From an uncultured Acidobacteriota bacterium (GTDB lineage Bacteria > Acidobacteriota > Thermoanaerobaculia > Multivoradales > UBA5704), in assembly GCA_963752235.1 (NCBI GenBank), contig CAVVXL010000001.1, positions 1,856,590-1,920,589 on the forward strand: a DNA stretch of 64,000 nt. Direction: 5' to 3'. This document shows positions 53,249 through 62,089 of the stretch, in pieces (positions within the stretch are counted from its first letter, which is position 1; every line of letters begins with the position of its first letter). A program made the position numbers and the translations under genes. A model generated the notes under the pieces. It had not been told where the DNA came from. It searched no databases and was given only the letters and a program-made list of their open reading frames with translations.

Positions 53249-55016
53249 ATGTGCGGCATCTTCGGCTTCACCGGCCCTCCAGACCCCGAGCGTCTCGCCC
53301 TGCTGCGGGAGGCCCTGCGCCATCGTGGGCCGGACGGCTCGGGCGAGCTCGTGCGGCCGGCGGTCTCGATGGGGTGCGACCGGCTGGCGATCGTCGGGCG
53401 CGGCAACGGCGCCCAGCCTCTGGCGAGCGAGGACGGCCGGGTGCAGCTCGTCTTGAACGGCGAGATCTACAACCATCTCGCGTTGCGGCGGGAGCTCGAA
53501 CGGCGGGGGCACCGCTTCGCCACCGATTCGGACGCCGAGGTGGTAGTCCATGCCTATGAGGACGAAGGGGAGGCCGCGTTCGGCCGGCTGCAGGGGATGT
53601 TCGCCCTGGCGCTGTGGGACGAGGCCGCCGGGCGGCTGCTGCTGGCGCGCGATCCGGCGGGGATGAAGCCGCTGTTCTTCCTGCTCGATCGGGAGCGCTT
53701 CTGGTTCGCCTCCGAGGCCAAGGCGTTGCTCCTCGCCTCCGGCATTGAACGGCGGCTCGACCGTCGGGCGCTCGACGGCCTGCTGCGGCTGGGGTTCGTG
53801 CCCGGCCCGCGCACCCTGTTCGACGGCATCTCCCGCCTTCCCGCCGGACGCCGGCTGACGGTGGAGCGCTCGGGGGACTTTCGGATCGAGCCGTTCGCGA
53901 CCGTGCGCGCGACGGCCGCCGGCGAGGTCTCCGCGGGCGAGCTGCGGCGGTGCCTCGGCGCGGCGGTCGACAGCCATCTGGCGGCGGAGGTTCCCGTCGG
54001 CGCCTCGCTCTCGGGGGGGCTCGACTCGAGCTTCCTGGTCGGTCTGATGGCGGAGCGGCTCGGCGCCGGGGTGAAGACCTTCGCCATCGGCTCCCCCGGC
54101 GATCAGGACGAGCGCCCCTTCGCGCGCATCGTCGCCGAGCGCTTCCGCACCGACCATCGGGAGATCACGGTGAGCCCGGACGACCTGTGGCCCCGCCTGC
54201 CGCAGGTGATCTGGCAGGCCGAGGAGCCGCGCAGCGGCCCGCTGGTGCCCAACAGCCTCCTCTTCGCGCGCGCCGCCGAGGAGGTGCGCGTGCTCCTCCT
54301 CGGCGAGGGGGCCGACGAGCTGTTCGGCGGCTATCTCCGCTTCAAGACGGCCCTGCCGCCGCTCGGCTACCTGCCGGCGCGCATGGGCGCCGCCCTCTAC
54401 GGCACGCGCAAGCTGGGAGCGGCGCGGGACTTCTACGCTCCGGCTCTCGCAGCCGCGCGGGCGCAGGAGGACCCGCTCGCGACCTACCTCGGGCCGGCGC
54501 TCGCCCGGCGCGGCGCGCGGCGGCTCGCCGCCCTGCTCGACTTCGAGCGCCGCGTCGCAGCTCCCCAACGCCCACCTGCCGCGGGTCGACCTGCTCTCGA
54601 TGGCGCACGCGCTCGAGGTCCGCCTCCCGTTCCTCGACGCCGGCGTGGTGAGCTTGAGCGAACGGGTGCCGCTCGCCGCCAAGGTGGGGTGGCGCGACGA
54701 GAAGATGATCCTGCGCGAGGCGGCGCGCGGCCTGCTGCCGCCGGAGATCCTCGGCCGCCGCAAGCAGGGGCAAGCGAACCCGCTGCGCCTCTGGGAGGCC
54801 GCCGGGCTGCTCGATCATGCGGCCGACCTTCTCGCGGCGCCGGCGGTGCGCGCCCGCGGCCTCTTCCAGCCGGCAGCCGTCGACCGGCTGCTCGCCCGCC
54901 TGCGGCGCGGGCGGGGCGCCCCTTTCGACCGCAACCGCCTGCACTTCCTGGTGCTGATCGAGATCTGGCATCGCGTCTTCCTCGATCCGACGCGCCTGTC
55001 CGCACCGCCGGCATGA
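53249..55016 (+). pseudogene. asparagine synthetase (glutamine-hydrolysing, AsnB family) with an apparent frameshift near 54545-54600
   Basis: MCGIFGF Ntn-Cys, HRGPDGSG, NGEIYNH, TDSDAEVVVHAY and SGGLDSS are all in the frame of ORF 53231. The C-terminal ...LPRVDLLSMAHALEVRLPFLD... motif continues in the frame of ORF 54600..55016. AAAGGA RBS. The stop overlaps the next start (ATGA). Confidence 0.6.
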
Positions 55017-56321
55017 TCCATCAGCCCAAGCCCAAGCCGCCCTGGCGCCGGTGGCTCGACCGGATCTGGGGGATGGCGCGCTTCCGCACCCGGACCTTCC
55101 TCGGCGCCCTGGCCTGGCCGCTCCTCTTTCCGGCCGCCTGGCTCTGGCGGCGCACCGGGCTGCGCGGCACGCGGCTGGTCGCGGTGACCGGCTCGCTCGG
55201 CAAGACCAGCACCACCGCGGCGGTGGCGGCCGTGCTCGGCGCGGCGGCGAATCCCGATGCCCGCAACTTCGGGAGCTTCCTCGCCCTGGCCGTCCTGCGC
55301 CATGGTTTTCGGGGTCCACAGAGCCGGCCGCTGGTGGTCGAGGTGGGGATCTCGCGCCGCGGGCAGATGGAGCGCTACGCCCGGATGCTGCGCCCCGACG
55401 TCGTCCTGCTGACGGCGGTGACCGAGGATCATGGCCGCGCGCTGGGCGGGATCGAAGGGGTCGCCGCCGAGAAATCCAAGCTGGCCCACGCCCTCCGCCC
55501 CGGCGGGCTGCTGGTGGTCAACGGGGACGATCCGCGCTGCCGCGCGGTCGCAGACACCACCCGCGCGCGGACCCTGAAGGTGGGCTTCGCCGCGGATTGC
55601 GACTGGCGGATCGGCTCCGTGCGGGTCGATTTCCCGCGCGGCACCGAGGTGCGGCTCGCCGGCCCGGACGGCGGTCCGGGAGCTGGCGTCGCCCTGGATC
55701 GGCACGAGCTGGCGCGCTGCCACCGCCCTGGCGGCGGCCCTCGGCACCGATTCCGGGCTCGGGTGCGATAGAGTCCGCGACGGTCTGGCGGCCTTGCGTC
55801 CAATTCCGGAACGGCTGGAGGCCGTGCCGCTCCCTTCCGGCGCCTGGCTGCTCTGCGACTCCTGGAGATCGACCCCTGAAACGATCGAATCCGCGCTTTC
55901 CGAGCTGGGCCGCCTCACCGGCTGGCGGCGGATCGCCGTGCTCGGCAACCTCGACGAGCTCCCGGAGGGAACCCAGACCGCGGCGTACCTCCAGTACGCC
56001 CGGCGGGCGGCGGCGGTCACCGAGCGGATCCTCTATCTCGGCAACGGCTTCGAGAAATTCTCCCGCGGGACGCGGCAGTCGGGGCTGGCGCCGGGACGCG
56101 TCCAGAGCTGTCGCGACGTCCATCAGGCCGCCGCGGAGCTGGCGCCCGAGCTGGCGCCGGGGACCGTGATCCTGATCAAAGGGAGCCACCGGCAGAAGCT
56201 GGGCCGGATCCGGCTTCTCCTCGCAGGGGCCGCGGTGCGCTGCGACCTGCGCACCTGCCCGCGGACCGGCCTGAGCTGCCGGCTCTGCCCGAATCTCGAA
56301 AAGGTTTCTGAAGATTTCTGA
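55013..56321 (+). pseudogene. Mur-ligase-family protein (CapB/PgsB- or MurF-like; N-terminal TM + P-loop) with an apparent frameshift near 55700-55794
   Basis: VAVTGSLGKTSTT P-loop and VTEDH in frame 2. The C-terminal Mur-ligase domain (LLCDSWRSTPET, VILIKGSHRQ) is in the frame of ORF 55794..56321. Frame-0 reading back from 55794 gives NALAA-like ...WRAATALAAALG.... Confidence 0.5.
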
Positions 56322-56333
56322 AGGAGAATGTGA

Positions 56334-57194
56334 ATGAATCGAATCCGTCTGGCCCTGCTGCGCGGCGTCTGTCAGTTGCCCGCCTACGTCGCGATGGAGC
56401 GGGGGTTCTTCGCCGCCGAGGGCATCGAGGCGGAGCCCCAGGTGGCGCCGTCCGCCTGGACGGTGCCGGACCGGCTGCACTCGGGAGACGTCGATTTCGC
56501 CGTGATCCCCTGGACGCGGGTGGCGGCGGACGTGCCGCGCGACGGCAACCGCCTGGTGCTGATCGCCGGCTCCGGGGTCGAGGAGGCGGCGCTGGTGCTG
56601 CGCACCGGGCTCGCGCCGGAAGATGTGCGCAGCGTGGCGGTCCCCCACGAAGGGGGGATCAAGGACCTCACCGCCATGGCGCTGCTGCGGCGGCTCGGCT
56701 GGAAGGACGTCCGCCTGGTGCGCCAGCCCTCGGGCGACGGCGCCATCCTGAGCTTCGTCGGCCAGGGGGCGGACGCGGCGGCGATGGTGGAGCCCTACGC
56801 GGCCATGCTCGAGACTCTCGGCCTCGGACGGGTGCTGCTGCGCACGGGGGACGTCTGGCCGGGCGCCCCGGGGTGCTCGCTGACCACCAGCAGCGCGCGG
56901 ATCGAGCAGGATCCCGACCTCGTGCAGCGGGTGGTGCGGGCCTACGTGGCCGCCGCCCGCCACGTACTCGATTCGCCGGACGACGCCGCCCTGGCGGGTG
57001 AGATGTACATCGGCGTCAGCGCCGCGATCATCCGCCGCGCCCTGCTCGCCAACCGCCCCGATCCGCGGGCGATCCGCAACGACGAGGCGATGTCCGCGAT
57101 CCTCGTCCTGATGGCCGACCTCGGCTACGTGGAAGCTACGCCGTCGGCGCAGAGCTACCGCGACCTCCGCTTCCTCGACGCGCTCGGCCGCTGA
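56334..57194 (+). CDS. periplasmic substrate-binding protein, NMT1/SsuA/TauA-like (ABC-type nitrate/sulfonate/bicarbonate family)
   Basis: 286-aa ORF with the NMT1/THI5-like fold pattern (alternating beta-alpha, DFAVIPW...). No cognate permease/ATPase adjacent. Confidence 0.55.
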   Translation: MNRIRLALLRGVCQLPAYVAMERGFFAAEGIEAEPQVAPSAWTVPDRLHSGDVDFAVIPWTRVAADVPRDGNRLVLIAGSGVEEAALVLRTGLAPEDVRSVAVPHEGGIKDLTAMALLRRLGWKDVRLVRQPSGDGAILSFVGQGADAAAMVEPYAAMLETLGLGRVLLRTGDVWPGAPGCSLTTSSARIEQDPDLVQRVVRAYVAAARHVLDSPDDAALAGEMYIGVSAAIIRRALLANRPDPRAIRNDEAMSAILVLMADLGYVEATPSAQSYRDLRFLDALGR

Positions 57195-57338
57195 CGATGC
57201 TCGGGCGGGACGTCTTCGATCTCGCCCGCCGCGCGGTGGCGCTCCCCCGGTTCCTCCGCCGGCCGCTCGACCTCCCCGCCGCCACCGCGGCGGTCGCCGC
57301 CGGCGTGAGCCGGGCGCGAGGCGGCGTTCCTCACGGCC

Positions 57339-58772
57339 GTGGAGCAGCTCGTTTTCGGCGTCACGGGCGTCGCGGCGAGCCCGCTGCGGCGGCTTCTCGA
57401 GTGGGCGGGCTGCACCCCGGGCGATCTGCGGAAGCTGGCCGAAGCCGAGGGGGTGGAGGGTGCCCTGACGCACCTCCGCGCGGCCGGCGTCTTCGTGACC
57501 GCCGACGAATTCCGCGGCCGCGTTCCCCTCCGGCGCGCGGGTCTCGAGCTGGCGCTCGCGCCGCGCGACTTCGACAACCCGCGGATCCTGGGGGGCGTCG
57601 CCGGGGCGACCAGCGGCTCGACCGGCGGCAGCATCCCGGTGCGCTACGACTGGCCGTTCCTCGCCGCCGAGGCCGCCGAGGAGCTGCTGCTGCTGGCGAG
57701 CCACGGCCTGCGCGAGGCCCCGCTCGCCTTCTGGATGCCGGGACCGCCGGGGATCGCCGGCCTGCACAACCTCCTCGCCCACGCCAAGCTGGGGCGCCCC
57801 CCCGAGCGCTGGTTCTCGACCAGCCCGGCGCCCCGCCGGGGGGATGGCCTCGCCTTCGGGATCGACCGCGGCTGGCGCCTCGCCCGCCGCCTCCTCCCCG
57901 GCCTGGGCCCGGCGCCGGAGTGGGTGCCCGCGGAGCGCGCGGAGGAGGTCGCGCGCTGGCTCGCGGGCGCCTCGCAGCCGGCGGCGCTGAAGTGCTTCGC
58001 GAGCTCCGCGCTGCGGGTGGCGGGAGCGGCCGTCGCCGCCGGGCTCGATCTCTCGCGCAGCGTGGTGTTCGCCGGCGGCGAGCCGCTGACCGCGGCGCGG
58101 CGCGACTTCCTGGCCGCCTCCGGGCTGCGCGTCTACGCGCGCTACGCCGCCACCGAGGCCGGCTTCATCGCCGGCGCCTGTCCGCACGGCGAGGACGGCG
58201 GCGAGATGCACCTCTACGCCGATCGCCTGGCGGTGGTCGGCCCGGAGCCCGGCGGCGGCGAGGCAGCCACCGCCCCCTTCGCCTTCACCAGCCTGTCGCT
58301 CGCCGCCCCCAAGGTGCTGCTCAACGTCGAGCTGGGAGACCACGGGCGGCTCCGCCTGCGGGATTGCGGCTGCGCCCTCGGCCGCGCCGGGCTCGCCTGG
58401 CACCTGCGCGACGTGCACAGCCCGGCGAAGATCGCGCTCGAAGGGGTGAAGCTCGGCGAGCTCGACGTCACCCGACTGGCCGAGGAAGCGATGCGCGACC
58501 TCGGAGGGAACCCGGACGAGATGCAGCTCTGGCTCGGCACCGGCGCCGGCGGCGCCTCGCGGCTCACCCTGGTGCTGGCGCCGGGAGCGGCGATCGAGCC
58601 GGCGGCGCTGGAGCGCCGGCTGCGCGAGCGCCTGGCCGGCTTTCCCGGCGGCGGCGCCCTGGCCGCCCGGCTCTGGTTCGAGGGCGGCGCTCTCGCGATC
58701 GAACGGCGCCCATTGCGCCTGGGGCCGGGACAGAAGATGCAGCGGGTGATCAGAGAATCCGATGCGCTTTGA
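57339..58772 (+). CDS. PaaK-like adenylate-forming enzyme (phenylacetate-CoA ligase / coenzyme F390 synthetase family)
   Basis: ATSGSTGGSIPV is the AMP-binding core motif of the PaaK/F390 family; fold-typical C-terminus. GTG start. A protein-like N-terminal segment (MLGRDVFDLARRAVALPRFL, ORF 57197.. in another frame) suggests a possible further frameshift. Confidence 0.6.
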   Translation: MEQLVFGVTGVAASPLRRLLEWAGCTPGDLRKLAEAEGVEGALTHLRAAGVFVTADEFRGRVPLRRAGLELALAPRDFDNPRILGGVAGATSGSTGGSIPVRYDWPFLAAEAAEELLLLASHGLREAPLAFWMPGPPGIAGLHNLLAHAKLGRPPERWFSTSPAPRRGDGLAFGIDRGWRLARRLLPGLGPAPEWVPAERAEEVARWLAGASQPAALKCFASSALRVAGAAVAAGLDLSRSVVFAGGEPLTAARRDFLAASGLRVYARYAATEAGFIAGACPHGEDGGEMHLYADRLAVVGPEPGGGEAATAPFAFTSLSLAAPKVLLNVELGDHGRLRLRDCGCALGRAGLAWHLRDVHSPAKIALEGVKLGELDVTRLAEEAMRDLGGNPDEMQLWLGTGAGGASRLTLVLAPGAAIEPAALERRLRERLAGFPGGGALAARLWFEGGALAIERRPLRLGPGQKMQRVIRESDAL

Positions 58773-59475
58773 CCCGGACGACTGGGCGGGCGTCCACGAC
58801 GGCTACGAGCCCGGCATTTCGCCTTCCGGCGCGGCCTCGAGCTCTGCCTCGAACGCTGCGCGCCGCGCGTGCGCCCCGGCGATCTCTGGGTGGACGTCGG
58901 CGCGGGGACCGGCCATCTCTCTCACGCGCTCGCCGGGCGCGGCGCCCGGATCGCCGGCTTTGATCTCGATCCGGCGATGAGCGTTCTACGCGCGGCGGCG
59001 CTGGCCGCTGCCGTTCGCCGTGGCGGCGGCGCGCGCCCTGCCGCTGGCGGACGGCGCGGCTTCCGGGGTGGTCGCCGTCTCCCTGCTCGGCTGCCTGCCG
59101 GGGAGCGCGGAGCTCGCGGGCTTCCTGGGCGAAGCGGCGCGCGTGCTGGCCCCCGGCGGCACCCTGTGCCTGACCGCGATGAACCGCCAGAGCCGGCTGC
59201 TGGCGGCGGCCAAGCTCTGGAGCTGGCCGGCCCGGCTCCGGCGTGGAGGATACTCCGGCCGCTTCACCGCATACGATCCGGCGGCGCTGGCCGGCGCGCT
59301 CCAGCGCTCCGGGTTCGTCGTGGAGGAGCAGATCTTCTACGGCCACTTCCTGGCCGCCGGCCGCCTCGTCGTGCCGCGCCCCGGGACGGCCCGGCGGAGG
59401 GAGCGCTCGGCCCCTCCCGGCGCGCGCGATCCCTGGGCGCGGCAGATTCTCCTCGTGGCGCGGCGCGCGGCTTGA
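58762..59475 (+). pseudogene. class I SAM-dependent methyltransferase split over three reading frames (two apparent frameshifts)
   Basis: MRFDPDDWAGVHDGYEP (frame of 58762), then LWVDVGAGTGHLSHALAGRGARIAGFDLDPAM (frame of 58869), then ALPLADGAASGVVAVSLLGCLPG...LAPGGTLCLTAMN (frame of 59020, Methyltransf_11-like). Confidence 0.45.
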
Positions 59476-59498
59476 CCCCGCGGCGCTCGGGTACAATC

Positions 59499-61283
59499 CG
59501 GCCTTCTATGCACCACCGCCGACACCCCCGACTCCGCCCCCTCCTGCTGCTCGCCGCCCTCGCCCTCCTGACCCTGGCGCCGGCCTCCCGCGCCAACGAG
59601 ATCAAGGGGCCGTTCGGCGCCGCCCTCGACCGCTACGTGCGCGAGCTGGCGGGCTACGGCTACTCGGGCTCGGTGCTGGTGGCGCAGCACGGCGAGGTGG
59701 TCCTCGACCAGGGGTATGGCCTGGCGGACCGCGCCCACAACACGCCGTTCACCGCCGACACGCTGTTCGACATCGCCTCGATCAGCAAGCCGTTCACGGC
59801 GGCCGCGGTGCTGCGGCTCGAGATGCAGGGGAAGCTCAAGGTCGAGGACCGCCTCGGGCGTTTCTTCCCCGAGGCGCCGGCCGACAAGGCGGCGATCACC
59901 CTCCACCAGCTGCTGACCCACACCTCCGGCCTGCCGGAGAGCAGCGGCCTCGAGTCCGAGGCGCTGACGCGGAAGGCCTTCCTGCAACGGATCTTCGCGG
60001 CGAAGCTCCTGCATCCGCCGGGCAGCCGCTTCTCCTACTCGAACGCCGGCTACAGCCTGCTCGCGGCGGTGGCCGAGGTGGCGTCGGGGAAGCCTTTCGG
60101 CGAGCTCCTGCGCGACGAGATCTTCCGGCCGGCCGGCATGCGCCACAGCGGCTTCCTGCCCGAGCCCCAAGACCGCGCGCGCCTCGCCCACGGCTACACG
60201 GGGAACGGCGACTGGGGGACGTCGCTCGATCAGCCGCTGGCGCCCGACGGCCCATGGTGGAACCTGCGCGGCAACGGCGGCATCCTCACCACGACCGGGG
60301 ACCTCTTCCGCTGGCACGTGGCGCTCGTCGGCACCAAAGTTCTTTCCGCGGCCGAACGCGAGAAGTACGAGACCCCCAAGGTGCCGGAGGGGCGCGCGCC
60401 GTGGCCGCGCTACGCCTACGGCTGGTCGGTCTCGAAGAGCCCCTCCGGGCACCGGCAGCTCGCGCACGTCGGCGGCAACGGGGTGTTCCAGGCCGACTAC
60501 CGCCGCTATCCGGACGACGGCGCGATGATCGCCATCTCGTCGAACAACTCCGACTACTCGGCGATCGCGATCGCCGACGAGATCGAACGCCGCCTGTTCG
60601 GCCAGCCCCCCGCCGAGCCGCCGCAGCTCGCCCCCGTGACTCCCGCGACGGCCGAGGAGCTGCGGCGCTGCGCCGGCGTCTACGCGCTCCCAGCGGGCGA
60701 GGCGCTGGAGGTGGCGGCCGAGCCGGGGCGCCTGGTGGCCACCCCGGAGGGGCCCGAGGGGATGGCGCTCCTCGCCGGCCCGCTCGGCAAGGAGCGCCAG
60801 CGGCGCTTCGCCGAGCGCGACCGCCAGGTCGGCGCGGCGCTGACCGCCGCGCTCCACGGCGACCTGAAGCCGGTCGGCGAGATCCTCGTCGACTCCGAGG
60901 AGGGGGCGCGGCGCTGGCGGGCCGCCCTGGCTAAAACGGAAGCCACGCTCGGCGCCTGGAAGGGAGCTACGGTGCTCGGCACCCGCAGCCTCGGCGGCCT
61001 CGTGGTGACCCACGCGCGCCTCAGTTTCGGCAGCCTTGGCAGCGGGAAAAAGACCGGGACGCGCATCCTCGACGTGATCTGGGCGGGGCCGAACGCCGAT
61101 CACCTGTCGGTGGTCGGCAAGCTGCGGCCGGTGTTCTTCCTTCCCGAAGGGCCCTCCCGCTTCGTCACCTACGATGTCGGCACGGGGTCCGTCGTCCGCC
61201 TCTCCTGCGGGGGGAAGGCTCCGACGCTGCGCTTCGAGGGCGCGGGTGGCCCGGTCGAGGCGCGGCGCAAGAGCGGATCGTAG
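59499..61283 (+). CDS. serine hydrolase, beta-lactamase/transpeptidase-fold family (class-C/PBP4*-like) with signal peptide
   Basis: Signal peptide MHHRRHPRLRPLLLLAALALLTLAPASRA. FDIASISKPFTAAAV has the SxxK motif. YSNAGYSLL is a YxN motif. The real start is internal to track ORF 58869..61283. Confidence 0.75.
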   Translation, partial: RPSMHHRRHPRLRPLLLLAALALLTLAPASRANEIKGPFGAALDRYVRELAGYGYSGSVLVAQHGEVVLDQGYGLADRAHNTPFTADTLFDIASISKPFTAAAVLRLEMQGKLKVEDRLGRFFPEAPADKAAITLHQLLTHTSGLPESSGLESEALTRKAFLQRIFAAKLLHPPGSRFSYSNAGYSLLAAVAEVASGKPFGELLRDEIFRPAGMRHSGFLPEPQDRARLAHGYTGNGDWGTSLDQPLAPDGPWWNLRGNGGILTTTGDLFRWHVALVGTKVLSAAEREKYETPKVPEGRAPWPRYAYGWSVSKSPSGHRQLAHVGGNGVFQADYRRYPDDGAMIAISSNNSDYSAIAIADEIERRLFGQPPAEPPQLAPVTPATAEELRRCAGVYALPAGEALEVAAEPGRLVATPEGPEGMALLAGPLGKERQRRFAERDRQVGAALTAALHGDLKPVGEILVDSEEGARRWRAALAKTEATLGAWKGATVLGTRSLGGLVVTHARLSFGSLGSGKKTGTRILDVIWAGPNADHLSVVGKLRPVFFLPEGPSRFVTYDVGTGSVVRLSCGGKAPTLRFEGAGGPVEARRKSGS

Positions 61284-61303
61284 ATTGAACGGCGATCGGG
61301 CCC

Positions 61304-62053
61304 TCAGGGGCGCCGCGGAACCTGAGACGGCCGCCGTGCTCCGGCCCCCGGCCCGCGGTCCACGTTCGTCGTCCGCGGGTCGCGCGCCAGGCGGGCCATG
61401 AAGATGGCGTGGTTCTTCCCCTTGCCGCCGCCGCGGGCGGGGACGCGTTCGGTCCACGCCTCGAAGCCGGCGCGCCGCAGCCGCTTCTCGAAGGCCGGGG
61501 AGGGGGTGGTGGACCAGAAGGCGACGACCCCGCCGTCGGTCAGGCTGCGCGCCAGGCGGGCGAGCCCCTCGTCGGTGTAGAGGCCGTCGTTCGAGCGCAG
61601 GGTGAGCGCCTCGGGGCCGTTGTCGACGTCGAGGAGGATGGCGTCGAAGCGCTCCTGCCCGTCGAGATAAACGCGGACGTCGGCGAGCACCACCTTCACC
61701 CGGCGGTCGGCGAGCGGCCGGCCGGCGAGCTCCCCCAGCAGGTCGCGGTTCCATTCGAGCAGGGAGGCGAAGAGCTCGCAGACCACCACCTTCCCCTCCT
61801 TGGGAAGGTTGCCGAGCGCCGCCCGCAGCGTGTAGCCGAAGCCGAGGCCGCCGACCAGCACCCGCGGCGCCTTGGTGCGGTTGGCGATCGCCGCGATGGC
61901 GAGCCGCGCCAGGTCCTCCTCGGAACCGTGGACGCGGCTGGTCATCAGCTCCACGCCGTCGACGATCAGGTGATAGACGCCGTCCCGGCGGGTGAGCACC
62001 AGCTCATCCCCCTCGGGCGTGGTTTCGCGGGCCAGCGTCTCGATCGGCTTCAT
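61304..62053 (-). CDS. spermidine-synthase-like / polyamine aminopropyltransferase-fold protein
   Basis: VLVGGLGFGYTLRAAL is a Gly-rich MTase loop; ILLDVDNGP is a typical spermine/spermidine synthase family acidic motif. Confidence 0.55.
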   Translation of the reverse strand: MKPIETLARETTPEGDELVLTRRDGVYHLIVDGVELMTSRVHGSEEDLARLAIAAIANRTKAPRVLVGGLGFGYTLRAALGNLPKEGKVVVCELFASLLEWNRDLLGELAGRPLADRRVKVVLADVRVYLDGQERFDAILLDVDNGPEALTLRSNDGLYTDEGLARLARSLTDGGVVAFWSTTPSPAFEKRLRRAGFEAWTERVPARGGGKGKNHAIFMARLARDPRTTNVDRGPGAGARRPSQVPRRP

Positions 62054-62089
62054 GGCCGCGCCATTAGACCATGGCGCGGTCCCGCCTCG

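Noticed and set aside
55016-55771. C-terminal 250 aa of the 846-aa ORF 53231..55771 as part of AsnB
   Set aside because: After the frameshift point the AsnB frame degenerates into Pro/Arg/Gly/Ala run-on. The segment from 55013 is the N-terminus of the next (Mur ligase) gene in that frame.
57197-58963. 588-aa ORF overlapping the PaaK-like gene in another frame
   Set aside because: Except for its first about 45 residues (possible displaced N-terminus, noted above), the translation is Arg/Gly/Pro junk. The AMP-binding motif is in the 57339 frame.
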